From: a virus
Lineage: Duplodnaviria > Heunggongvirae > Uroviricota > Caudoviricetes
DNA: 64,000 bases
IMG/VR virus record: IMGVR_UViG_3300025913_000020
Strand: one strand, 5' to 3'
This document shows positions 9,337 through 18,221 of this stretch, piece by piece; positions within the stretch are counted from its first letter, which is position 1, and each line of letters begins with the position of its first letter. Below the pieces are notes generated by a model that did no database searches, was not told the DNA's origin, and saw nothing but the letters and a program-made list of their open reading frames with translations. The position numbers and the translations under genes were made by a program.

Positions 9337-9948
9337 ATGGGCGTCGTACCTCACAGTCTCAGAATGCTTCAGACCCACATCGGCAGTGTGGGCGGTTTTA
9401 ACGGATGCCGGATGCTCGAACTGGGTGATCAGCAGATGTACTGTCATCACAACATCCCGGAAGCCAGCGCCGCGAAGTCCTACTTCGAGCAGCTTGGAGT
9501 GAAGCACACGTCCGTTGACCTCAACGGGGAACTGGGCGCATTGCCGCTCAATCTTTCCACGCGGATCGACAACATTGACGGTGAAAACCTCTTTGATGTG
9601 GTCACTGATTTCGGCACTAGCGAGCACGTCGGGCCGGAAGTGAAGCACTTGCACGCCTGCCGCGAGAACGTTCACCGGTTCTGCCGACCGGGTGGCCTGA
9701 TGATTTTCATGAACCCGAAGATCGGCAACTGGCCGGGCCATGGGTATCACTATTTCACGCTCCAGCACTATGCCAGCCTGGCCGCCGCCATGGGTTACAC
9801 CATACTGGAGATTTCAGAACACCCGACTCTTGGAAACTCGGTCGATGGGTGGCAGATTCATGCTGCCCTGCTGAAGAACGGCGACGCGCCCTTCGTCAGC
9901 CTGGAACAGTTTGATCAGCTTTGTCAGGGGACGGTGTTTCGGAAATGA
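9337..9948 (+). CDS. SAM-dependent methyltransferase-like protein
   Basis: MLELGDQ, SVDLNG, FDVVTDFGTSEHV, CRPGGLMI. Confidence 0.7.
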   Translation: MGVVPHSLRMLQTHIGSVGGFNGCRMLELGDQQMYCHHNIPEASAAKSYFEQLGVKHTSVDLNGELGALPLNLSTRIDNIDGENLFDVVTDFGTSEHVGPEVKHLHACRENVHRFCRPGGLMIFMNPKIGNWPGHGYHYFTLQHYASLAAAMGYTILEISEHPTLGNSVDGWQIHAALLKNGDAPFVSLEQFDQLCQGTVFRK

Positions 9949-10471
9949 CCGGTGCGTCCACCACGCGGGATTTCACAAAGTAAATCTCCATCCAGCGGAA
10001 GACGTAGTCGATCACTGAGGATGCGTTCCTGATCTCGGGGTTTCCGGTGAAGCCAGAAGGTTCAAAGCGCTGATGAGAGAACTTCTTGGCCAGCGTCTCG
10101 ATGCTGACGCCGTATTGAAGGGACAGGCTGGTGAGTGTGCCGATGGTATCCATCAGTCCGCCGATAGTTGATCCCTCCTTGGCCATGGTGACAAACAGCT
10201 CACCGGGTGAACCGTCTTCGAACATCCCCACGGTCATGTAGCCCTCGTGACCGGCGATGCTGAACTTGTGAGTGACGGCGTGGCGGCTGTCCGGCAGACG
10301 ACGGCGCACTGGCTGACCGATCTTGGCCTTGGCCTGTTCCAGTTCCTCTCCTGCCTTCGCCAGAGCTTCCCCGCCTTTGATCATGCAAAGAGCCAGGGAG
10401 TCTTTAGCTTCTTGAAGTTCTTTCGCGGCCTGCTCGTAGCTGGCCTTCCAATTCATGCGTCGTTTTGCCAT
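9896..10471 (-). CDS. Stand-alone TSCPD-domain protein (NrdJ class II RNR C-terminal-like) with N-terminal coiled coil
   Basis: RRRLPDSRHAVTHKFSIAGHEGYMTVGMFEDGSPGELF..MAKEGST, SLSLQYGV, RFEPSGFT.NPEIR.ASSVIDYVFRW. Confidence 0.8.
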   Translation of the reverse strand: MAKRRMNWKASYEQAAKELQEAKDSLALCMIKGGEALAKAGEELEQAKAKIGQPVRRRLPDSRHAVTHKFSIAGHEGYMTVGMFEDGSPGELFVTMAKEGSTIGGLMDTIGTLTSLSLQYGVSIETLAKKFSHQRFEPSGFTGNPEIRNASSVIDYVFRWMEIYFVKSRVVDAPVISETPSPDKADQTVPG

Positions 10472-10487
10472 GCCGAGAAGAACAAGA

Positions 10488-12830
10488 TTAGTCGATCTCG
10501 TTATTCAGGATCACGTCGCCAATACGAAGGAGTGTTGTCTCGATGGCGTTCACGACCGCAGACGTGTTGCCCGGAGTCTCCAAGGCAACACGATTGACAG
10601 CAGTCACACCGGAGATGGACTGGATCACGGCGGTAATGTTCGAGGCTGAGCCGATGATGCCGGGAATCTTGGTGCCGTAGATCGAGCTGCCCACGGCCAG
10701 GCCGTTCCCCCAGGCTTCGATGGCTGAGCGAATCTCCCTCCGCTTGGATTGGGATGTGTCGCCAGAATAGCCGACATAAATGTTTACGAAATTATCTGAA
10801 GCGTAGCCCACGATGGGGATGAGCTTCATGCTGAGATCGCCGGGCGCGCCGATGATGTAAAGGTTGATCTGGCCGGTCAGCAGGTTCACGGTGGATGGAT
10901 AGTTGTCCACGTCGGCACTGATGTTCGGACCGAGCACCTGCGCGGTGCCAGGCAGAATGCCGGGAACGACCGTGAGCTGGTTGATCCCGAGGAACAGGCT
11001 GAAGGACCACGCCTGGATCGGAAATACTGGCATCTGGGCCGTGTAAAGGCTCACGTTCGCGTTGTCCACGGAGCTGAATGCCGGGTTGCCTGCGCCATTT
11101 TTCGTCAGAGCATAGGAGAAGTTCGAGTCAGGCGGCGTGAACAGTTCCAGTGAATTGGCGGGGAATAAGTCGCCTGTCGGAGTCGCAAGTATAAGGTTAT
11201 CAACACCATTCACGGTGGTTAATGCACTGAATAACTTGGAATAAATCACGGCTTGGCCAGGCAGCAGGAGGTCCACGAAGCTGAGTAGCGCGCTCTGCAT
11301 CTGGATGGTGGTGTCAGCCACGTCGATATTATCGAGCACTTTGAAGCGAAGGCTGATGGGCAACGGGACTGCTGTGCCATCGCCGATCTCGACTTGGTCG
11401 GTGCCCACGGCCTTGGTCTGCATGAAGTCTTGCAGGGCCAGCTTTTGCAGCGGAGTGAGAGTGATGAGCGAGCCGTTGGGACCAGAGACCCACGGATAAA
11501 TGAACACGATGTTTCCTTCGAGGAAGGAGTTCTCGGTCCGCACCACGGCGCGGGCAAAGGCGATTCCAGGGAAGGACATCGCGATGGTCTGGTAGTCTTC
11601 CAGGGTCACGGCTCGGTCGTTGGCACGGCTGGCCGCAGGAATGTTGATGCGCGCCTGTTCCAGGGTTTCTGCATCCTGGCCGCCGCTGCCGACTCCGGTT
11701 TGGTTTGTGACCTGAATGGTGATCGGGCTGGTGGTGGAGGACAACAGCCCCGTGATCGAAGTGTTGATCGAGTTCAGGGAGATGTTGCCAGCGCTGCCGC
11801 CGCCTACTCGATAGGTCACAGTGATGACGGAATTCGTAGGCACTGCCGCGCCGAACGTGCCGTCACCAAAGACCACGAGGGGCTGACCTGACGGTGTCGT
11901 CTTAAAAATGAAGTCGTTCGCGTCGGCTGCCGATTTCGCGAAGCTGTTCACCTGGTTCCAGACATCACCGTTCACGGTGACTTGGACGGACCCTTCGATG
12001 ACCGGGGTTGTGCCAAGCATCACCACATACGACGGCGAGTTGTTCGCAGGCGAAGTGAAGTCATCCGTGACGGTTAATCCCTGCACGCACAGGATGCGCT
12101 GATCGTACACCTGGCCGGTGACAGTCGCGGTCGAAGCGCCAGCGTAAGCTGTCGCGAGCACGAGCCGGTTGTTGCTGACTGCGCCAGGAGATGCCTGAAT
12201 GTCCTGAATGATGTAGGTGGTAGTTTCGCCGGTGACCTGGAAAATTTGACCGGCCTGAACGTATTGTGTGAGGTCGATGGTGGTGTCCAACAGGTCGGCG
12301 TTCGAGGAACCGGGTGTCACCAGGATGAACGTGGACAGAACTTTAGGACCAGAAATCGTTGGCGAAATGGTGACGATCTGGGTGATGGGTGTTGTCTGTC
12401 CTGCCTGGATCACGTAGTCCTGGGCCACTTCGAAGGAGATGGAGGTCGTGTCGCCGGTACCGGTACTGCGGATCACGGTGCCTTTCGAGATGGTGACGGT
12501 CGCACTGGCTTGCGGTTGGCTGATGCTGGCTTCGCAAGAAACGGAGGCCGCCGTTGGGCCACGCAGTTGGTATCCGATCAGGCTGCCGAGGTTGACTGCC
12601 GATTCCCGTAACGTCATCGTGTTGATGAAGTTCTCGCCTGCCGCCCGGTTGACCAGAAAAGCGACCGTGGCAATCGACCAGGCCATGATGTCCACCAGGA
12701 CGATGCCGAAGGAATTATTGAGGAAGTCGTTCCAAACCCGTGGGTAACGCGCACGAATGCGCTGGAGCAGAGCGTCCTTCTGCGCCTGAAAATCAACCTG
12801 GATGTACCGTAACGTATTTGGCGTCGCCAT
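10488..12830 (-). CDS. Baseplate J-like / baseplate wedge protein
   Basis: N-terminal DFQAQKDAL...WNDF, VFGDGTFG, VTYRVGGGSAGN, GGQDAETLEQARINIP, RAVTLEDY. Confidence 0.85.
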   Translation of the reverse strand: MATPNTLRYIQVDFQAQKDALLQRIRARYPRVWNDFLNNSFGIVLVDIMAWSIATVAFLVNRAAGENFINTMTLRESAVNLGSLIGYQLRGPTAASVSCEASISQPQASATVTISKGTVIRSTGTGDTTSISFEVAQDYVIQAGQTTPITQIVTISPTISGPKVLSTFILVTPGSSNADLLDTTIDLTQYVQAGQIFQVTGETTTYIIQDIQASPGAVSNNRLVLATAYAGASTATVTGQVYDQRILCVQGLTVTDDFTSPANNSPSYVVMLGTTPVIEGSVQVTVNGDVWNQVNSFAKSAADANDFIFKTTPSGQPLVVFGDGTFGAAVPTNSVITVTYRVGGGSAGNISLNSINTSITGLLSSTTSPITIQVTNQTGVGSGGQDAETLEQARINIPAASRANDRAVTLEDYQTIAMSFPGIAFARAVVRTENSFLEGNIVFIYPWVSGPNGSLITLTPLQKLALQDFMQTKAVGTDQVEIGDGTAVPLPISLRFKVLDNIDVADTTIQMQSALLSFVDLLLPGQAVIYSKLFSALTTVNGVDNLILATPTGDLFPANSLELFTPPDSNFSYALTKNGAGNPAFSSVDNANVSLYTAQMPVFPIQAWSFSLFLGINQLTVVPGILPGTAQVLGPNISADVDNYPSTVNLLTGQINLYIIGAPGDLSMKLIPIVGYASDNFVNIYVGYSGDTSQSKRREIRSAIEAWGNGLAVGSSIYGTKIPGIIGSASNITAVIQSISGVTAVNRVALETPGNTSAVVNAIETTLLRIGDVILNNEID

Positions 12831-12834
12831 GATC

Positions 12835-12841
12835 TAACTAC
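12835..12841 (-). promoter_or_regulatory. GTAGTTA-N4-start motif (putative phage late promoter)
   Basis: GTAGTTA-gatc-ATG before the baseplate gene. Confidence 0.55.
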
Positions 12842-13035
12842 GGGACGAGGATGCGCTCCAGGTACTCCGAAACCTTCTCGTCATCTCCCTCCAAGAGTGC
12901 CCGTTGTGCCCGACACAGGTTAAGGAGAGTTCGTTGGGCGTCCTGCAAAGCCTCGTTGTTTTTGAGGATACGCATGGCGTTCAAAACTGCTACGCACTGT
13001 TTTTCCAAACTCGTTCTTTGATTGGTGACTGCCAT
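12838..13035 (-). CDS. Hypothetical protein (TAG-terminated)
   Basis: MAVTNQRTS...; GTTCT 7 nt upstream of ATG 13035; track start 13206 overlaps the next gene. Confidence 0.55.
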   Translation of the reverse strand: MAVTNQRTSLEKQCVAVLNAMRILKNNEALQDAQRTLLNLCRAQRALLEGDDEKVSEYLERILVP

Positions 13036-13051
13036 GCAGCTAAGAACCGAT

Positions 13052-13459
13052 TCACAGTTTGAAAATCCCGTTCGGTCCGGTATCCCAGTGAATGACCACG
13101 TCTCCGCCTTGAGGGTTCCAGGGCAAACCGTTGCCGGTGTCGAGGTAGCAGACGAGGGTTGACGTGCTCTCGTTGCCCGTGTCTTTGAAAACGATGAAAG
13201 CGCCAATTAACGGGCCAGTGACTGCGTTGAGAGTGATGTTCGAGGCCAGGGCGACTCCGTTGTTGGCGGTTTTGCCGGTGAGAGCGCCGGAGATCGCGAT
13301 GCGGGCTGATAGCGGCACGTCCGAGAGCGAGTGATGGACATCTTTCAGAAAAGTGTAGTTGGCCGTGTTTACCAGCAAAACCTTAAAGGTGTTGTTGATC
13401 CAATCAATTTGTCCCGAGAGGAACTGCTGATTGGCGAATGTGTAGCGCTCGTTCGACAT
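13052..13459 (-). CDS. Virion structural (minor tail-type) protein
   Basis: QFLSGQIDW..NTFKVLLV, LTGKT..NGV, KDTG, GLPWNPQGGDVVIHWD.G..IFKL, a widespread phage structural family. Confidence 0.7.
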   Translation of the reverse strand: MSNERYTFANQQFLSGQIDWINNTFKVLLVNTANYTFLKDVHHSLSDVPLSARIAISGALTGKTANNGVALASNITLNAVTGPLIGAFIVFKDTGNESTSTLVCYLDTGNGLPWNPQGGDVVIHWDTGPNGIFKL

Positions 13460-13463
13460 GCCA

Positions 13464-13470
13464 TAACTAC
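13464..13470 (-). promoter_or_regulatory. GTAGTTA-N4-start motif
   Basis: GTAGTTA-tggc-ATG. Confidence 0.55.
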
Positions 13471-13515
13471 CGAATTAAACTTGTTTACGAAATTTAGTTC
13501 TGTTGGAATCAAGAT

Positions 13516-15168
13516 ATGATTGCGGAGCAAAACACGGCAGGCATCATGAGGCACTTCGTCCTTAAAGAGCCTCGGATCAAGCAGATTACTGCGGTCCAGT
13601 ACGTTGAGAAGAAGTACCAGGAGGGTTTTCGCGACATCGTGATCGCCGCGCCGACCGGCGTGGGCAAGTCCGCCATTGGGAGTTCGATCTGTTTCTGGTC
13701 TCAGGACCTGGTCGTCGAGGGTTTCGAGCCGGGCGGCTATTACCTGGTGACGCAAAAGCTGCTCCAGGACCAGCTCCAGAACGATTTCAAGAATTACATC
13801 ATCCCCAACCCGCTCTCGACCTGCCAGAATTTGAAGTCAGCGTCAGAATACCCGTGCCGAGCCTTTGGCACCTGCGGTATCGGCGGCAAGCACAATCCCC
13901 GGTGCGCTGCCATCAAGATGAACGCCTGCGGTTACAAGATTCAAAAGAATCGTTGGCAGAATGCGCTTTTGTCGGTGACCAACTACCCTTACATGTTCAC
14001 TGAGCACACCATGGCGGGCAACCTGCCGCCGCGCCGGGTGCTGGTGCTTGATGAGTGCCACACGCTGGAGCGCCAGATACTGGGTTTCATTGAGCTGTCG
14101 GTCACGGAGGAATCGCTGAGAAAATGGGCACCGTCCATCAAGCAGGTCCCCAAGTTTAGCGGCGTCGAGGAATTTGCCGACTTTGTCATTGATGAATACC
14201 TGCCGTTTATCGAACGCCGTCTTCAGACGCTGGCTGCCTGGGAGCCGACCGACGATTCCGCCGAGGACAGAAAGATCGCCCAGGAAAAGATGGAAATTGA
14301 GAACCACTGGGGCAAGGTCTATCGCGGTTCCAACCTCATCAAAGAGGACCCTAAAAACTGGGTGCTGAACCAGGAGAATAACCGGCGCGGAGAGGCCGAA
14401 GCGGTGGCCAAGCCCTTGGATGCCTCCCCTTTCAGTCAAGACCTTCTCCTCGAAATGGGTCACGTTCGCGTTTACATGTCAGCCTTCCCAGGATCGAAAC
14501 GGATATTCTGTCGGAGCTTGGGTCTTGACGAGGAGAAGACGGCATGGCTGAACTTAAACAGCACCTTCCCGGTCGAGAATCGGCGCATCTACATGACCAT
14601 GGTAGGGTCGATGAGCAAGCGCAACCGTGAAGGCACGATGCCCGGCTTTTTCGCTTTCACGAAGAAGATTCTGGAGTCCTACCGTGACACGAAGGGCATC
14701 ATCCACTGCAACAGCTATGAGCTTGGCAAGTCGATCTACGAGGGGTTAAGAGGGACACCGGATCATCGCCGCCTGCTTTTTCCAGAAACCTCGGATGCTC
14801 GTGATGAAATGTTCCTGCGGCACAAGAATTCCAAAGAGCCGACCGTCATTCTCAGCCCGTCCATGACCGAGGGTTTCGATTTTTCCTACGATCTTGCGCG
14901 CTGGCAGATCATAGCGAAGATTCCTTACCCTTATCTCGGCGACCAGCAGGTGGCCGCGAAGAAGGAATTGGATCAGGACTGGTACGACCTTCAGGCTGTC
15001 ATGTCCATTATCCAAGCCTGCGGTCGTATTGTACGATCGGACAGCGATGTCGGCGACACCTACATTCTCGATAGCGATTTCCTGGCGCTGTGGGAGAAAC
15101 AGCAGCACATGTTCCCCCGCTGGTGGACGGAAGCTGTGGTGTGGCCTCCACGTAAGCCCAGGCAGTAA
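13516..15168 (+). CDS. DinG/XPD-like superfamily 2 helicase with putative Fe-S cluster
   Basis: APTGVGKS, four Cys in YPC...C...C...C, DECH, SMTEGFDF, QII.KIPYPYL, QACGRIVRS.SD.G. Confidence 0.85.
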   Translation: MIAEQNTAGIMRHFVLKEPRIKQITAVQYVEKKYQEGFRDIVIAAPTGVGKSAIGSSICFWSQDLVVEGFEPGGYYLVTQKLLQDQLQNDFKNYIIPNPLSTCQNLKSASEYPCRAFGTCGIGGKHNPRCAAIKMNACGYKIQKNRWQNALLSVTNYPYMFTEHTMAGNLPPRRVLVLDECHTLERQILGFIELSVTEESLRKWAPSIKQVPKFSGVEEFADFVIDEYLPFIERRLQTLAAWEPTDDSAEDRKIAQEKMEIENHWGKVYRGSNLIKEDPKNWVLNQENNRRGEAEAVAKPLDASPFSQDLLLEMGHVRVYMSAFPGSKRIFCRSLGLDEEKTAWLNLNSTFPVENRRIYMTMVGSMSKRNREGTMPGFFAFTKKILESYRDTKGIIHCNSYELGKSIYEGLRGTPDHRRLLFPETSDARDEMFLRHKNSKEPTVILSPSMTEGFDFSYDLARWQIIAKIPYPYLGDQQVAAKKELDQDWYDLQAVMSIIQACGRIVRSDSDVGDTYILDSDFLALWEKQQHMFPRWWTEAVVWPPRKPRQ

Positions 15169-15220
15169 TTGTTTACATTTTTGCTGATCACCATGCGACG
15201 TAGTTAGGGCAACCGACTTT

Positions 15221-16474
15221 ATGTCTAAGAAAAAAGATTTGCTGAGCTACCTGTTTTTCGAATCGGCGGAAAGTGATTCGACAGAATCGGAGAAAGGTGA
15301 GCTGGACATCGCTGAAAACCTTGACCAGTTGTTCGAGGCCGCTGCCGAGCTGGAAAAGGGCGAGTTGGAGTCCAAGAAGACCCCGTTGGCCAAGGCGCTC
15401 AGTGAGTTCGGCATCAGCGACGCTGACCTCCAGCTCGATCCCGAGGGCTTCGCCATTGTTACGGACAATCACCAGGCTTACACCGACATGGTCACCGTGC
15501 TGACCTCGGCGGATGCCATGCACAAGCTGGCCGAGATGGGTTGGGTGGTCACCAAGCCGGGCGACGTGGCGATGACCAACGAACCGGCCCAGTATCATCT
15601 CCGTTTCCTGGAGATCGTGACAGTCGATCAGAATGACCGCGAGCCGAAGCCGGGCTATGACGACAAGAATCGCGAGGAGGTCATCAAGAAGGCTCAGGAA
15701 TTCGCGACCGCGCCGATGGAGCGTGACGATGACGATTTGAATCCTGTCGAAAATGGCGATGGGAAGATGAGCAAGAAGAACGTGGGCCTCGGCAAAGCCA
15801 AGGACGGCGAGGAGCCGGAAAAGGCCATTCACGATGCTCTGAAGCAGGGTGACATCGACGCCGTGTTGGAAATGACCACCACCGGCAGCATGGGCACCGC
15901 GACGCCGCAAGGCCAGCCGTTTGTCGGCATGGTGAAAAAGCCCAAGCCCTACGGCAAAGGCACGCCCTTCAAAACACCCGGCCAGTGGACGGTGAAACAG
16001 CCGGTGGTGAAGGAGCAGGTGAAGCGCAAAGTTCGCAGTGAAGCCACTGAAGCTGACGAGCAGGCAGCAGAAGCATTTTTGAAGGAGGCGGGTCCTGGTG
16101 AGGAAGCTCGGGGTGATTTTCGTGAGCGTCACGCCGCAGGCGATCAGGACGCCATTAACCAGGGTGAACAGGATAACCCGATGGGCGACGAAGGCAGTGA
16201 GCAGGAAGCCTATCAGGATATGCAGGCCGATCTCGAAAGCGGCGAGTGCGTCGTCTTCAGTGACCGGCGCGCCAGCGGTCCGACTGAGGTCATGTTCGGA
16301 CGCGAGCAGCTTGGAACCATTCCAGGAACTTTTGACGACATCGAGCAGGCGCTGGCCGCTGTGAATGCCAAAATGGAGGAGGAAGGTTTCTTCCCCAACA
16401 TTTATCACATTAACGACCACGGCAATGTTTCGCTGTGGGACCAGCACGGCAACACGATTCAAGGTTGGGTTTAA
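15221..16474 (+). CDS. Acidic hypothetical protein, probable head-internal protein
   Basis: Very acidic 417-aa ORF, N-terminal LFFE-SAE segment, GTAGTTA 14 nt upstream. Confidence 0.65.
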   Translation: MSKKKDLLSYLFFESAESDSTESEKGELDIAENLDQLFEAAAELEKGELESKKTPLAKALSEFGISDADLQLDPEGFAIVTDNHQAYTDMVTVLTSADAMHKLAEMGWVVTKPGDVAMTNEPAQYHLRFLEIVTVDQNDREPKPGYDDKNREEVIKKAQEFATAPMERDDDDLNPVENGDGKMSKKNVGLGKAKDGEEPEKAIHDALKQGDIDAVLEMTTTGSMGTATPQGQPFVGMVKKPKPYGKGTPFKTPGQWTVKQPVVKEQVKRKVRSEATEADEQAAEAFLKEAGPGEEARGDFRERHAAGDQDAINQGEQDNPMGDEGSEQEAYQDMQADLESGECVVFSDRRASGPTEVMFGREQLGTIPGTFDDIEQALAAVNAKMEEEGFFPNIYHINDHGNVSLWDQHGNTIQGWV

Positions 16475-17073
16475 TGAAGACCTTTCACGATTACGAAAGC
16501 ATGGGAGCGGTGCAGGGCATCGAGAACGTTGAAGTTCCGGTGCTCGAAACGCTTTCCGGCAGCCAGGTTTCTTCCTGGTACACCATGATCGAGGACTTTC
16601 TCCAGCGGAAGCTCGACGATCAGGAAGCGGCGCGCAATCACGAGAACGCTGATCGGCTGCGCGCACTGCTGAACACGTGGCGTGAGAACGAACTGACTGG
16701 CTCTGTCAGCATTGACGATCTCAAGCCTCTCAAGGCGGCTGTCGAACAGGGCGCGGCTATCAAGTCGCCATTGCGCTCGATCTATACTTCTCTCCTGCGC
16801 AGCCTGCGCAAGCTGATCGCTGACGAGGAACAACTCCCGCGTGGCGTTGACACTGACGCTGTCAATCCGATGGCAGGTGGCCTCGGTCGTGGCGCGCCGC
16901 CCATGAGTCCTGACTTCGGCCCCGAGGAAAATCCTCCAGGTGATCTCGAACCTGGAGCGGAAGGTGAGCCAGGCGCTGAAGGCGGTCTCGAAATGCCTGG
17001 AGATGATTTGGGTGCTGAAAAAGCTGTTACCGCTGCCGGGAACGAACCTCTCGGTGGCAAACCCCGTAGATAA
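16474..17073 (+). CDS. Hypothetical protein with T4-like capsid-targeting N-terminus
   Basis: Start overlapping the upstream TAA gives MKTFHDYE-S; acidic Pro/Gly-rich C-terminus. Confidence 0.65.
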   Translation: MKTFHDYESMGAVQGIENVEVPVLETLSGSQVSSWYTMIEDFLQRKLDDQEAARNHENADRLRALLNTWRENELTGSVSIDDLKPLKAAVEQGAAIKSPLRSIYTSLLRSLRKLIADEEQLPRGVDTDAVNPMAGGLGRGAPPMSPDFGPEENPPGDLEPGAEGEPGAEGGLEMPGDDLGAEKAVTAAGNEPLGGKPRR

Positions 17074-17076
17074 GGT

Positions 17077-17703
17077 ATGACGAAAAACGAAATTGCAAAA
17101 GTGATCCTGGAGCGCCGCGCTCGCATGACGCATGTCGTGCTGCCAGGGGAAATCAATGCCGCCATCGGTGCGGACGGTGTTTCCGAAGCTCTGCGTGATC
17201 GCTGGCTGATCCCGGATACGGATTCGGGCTACCTCTGCGTCACCAACGAACCGTCCAAAATCCAGGAGATGGTGGAACTCGCTGGCTCCAAGCCCGAGGA
17301 CGCGTTGAAGCCTGCTGCCATCGTGGTCACAGACAGCCATGATCTTTCGCTGGCGCACACCAAGCGCCGCAACGTCATCCAGGAGATCGCCGCCCCGATG
17401 ACCGGCCAGCCGTCGCCAGGTCTTTCCTCTGTGTCGCAGCCGCAAGCACCCCAGGCCCCGGCGCAGCCTTCCACCGGCGCTCCTGGTCTCTCGGTCGGCT
17501 CCTCCGTCACAGTGGCGCGCCAGGGCGTGGCTGCCAACGGAGTGATCGAAAAGCTTTTGCCTGATGGCCGCTACTCGGTGGGCTACGGCGCTGACGTGAA
17601 GACGAAGCCGCCCGGCGACAATGTTTTCTCCAAGGACGAAATGACCATCGTTCCTGGAAGTCCGCAACGTCCCGCTGCTCCGGCTGCTGCGCCTGTCGCA
17701 TGA
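17077..17703 (+). CDS. Hypothetical protein, probable head-internal; C-terminal SH3-like segment
   Basis: MTKNEIAKVILE; VGSSVTV..QGVAANGVIEKLLPDGRYSV. Confidence 0.65.
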   Translation: MTKNEIAKVILERRARMTHVVLPGEINAAIGADGVSEALRDRWLIPDTDSGYLCVTNEPSKIQEMVELAGSKPEDALKPAAIVVTDSHDLSLAHTKRRNVIQEIAAPMTGQPSPGLSSVSQPQAPQAPAQPSTGAPGLSVGSSVTVARQGVAANGVIEKLLPDGRYSVGYGADVKTKPPGDNVFSKDEMTIVPGSPQRPAAPAAAPVA

Positions 17704-18221
17704 CTCAAGCCGATAAAATTGTAAAGGCCGTCCTGGAGGTCGAAGAAGGTGACGAAGAAAATCTGCAAGACCTCCTTGGGCACGACTACGCGCTCGCTGA
17801 ACCCGTTCCCCAGGGGCTGCCTGCTGAAGTAGATGTTCACGACCGATGGAAGGACGTGAAGATCGGTGATGTTCATTTCTGCATCTCCTACCTGACTCCG
17901 GTCGCTGTTTACCGACCCGGCCTGTCGGTCTTTTTAACCGATAAGCAATGGTCCAGCTCGACCTCGAACCACATCAGAAAGTGGTACAATATGCTTCTGA
18001 GTCCGCCCACCGGCGAATACTCGTACAAGCAAATTCGAAAAGAATCCAGCACCATGCCGCAGAGCGAGCTGACTGAGCTGTTCCGCAAGCAGAGCCGCAA
18101 AGCTCTGTGGACCAAGAAACAGTCCAGGCAGATTGAACGATTGCCGAGCAACATGGAGCGGCCTCTCAAGAGTGGCCACGAAGAACGAGTTAGCGTCCAG
18201 CCGCACGAGCCTGAAGAATAG
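17700..18221 (+). CDS. Hypothetical protein, paralogue of the N-terminal domain of the next gene
   Basis: MTQADKIVKAVLE; ISYLTPVA...TDKQWSSSTSNHI. Confidence 0.7.
   Translation: MTQADKIVKAVLEVEEGDEENLQDLLGHDYALAEPVPQGLPAEVDVHDRWKDVKIGDVHFCISYLTPVAVYRPGLSVFLTDKQWSSSTSNHIRKWYNMLLSPPTGEYSYKQIRKESSTMPQSELTELFRKQSRKALWTKKQSRQIERLPSNMERPLKSGHEERVSVQPHEPEE

Noticed and set aside
15188-17667. Long minus-strand ORFs 15188-16666 and 16471-17667 (also 1331-2206, 45278-46135, 55781-56680)
   Set aside because: Antisense shadows of well-formed plus-strand genes, expected in GC-rich coding DNA; no motifs.
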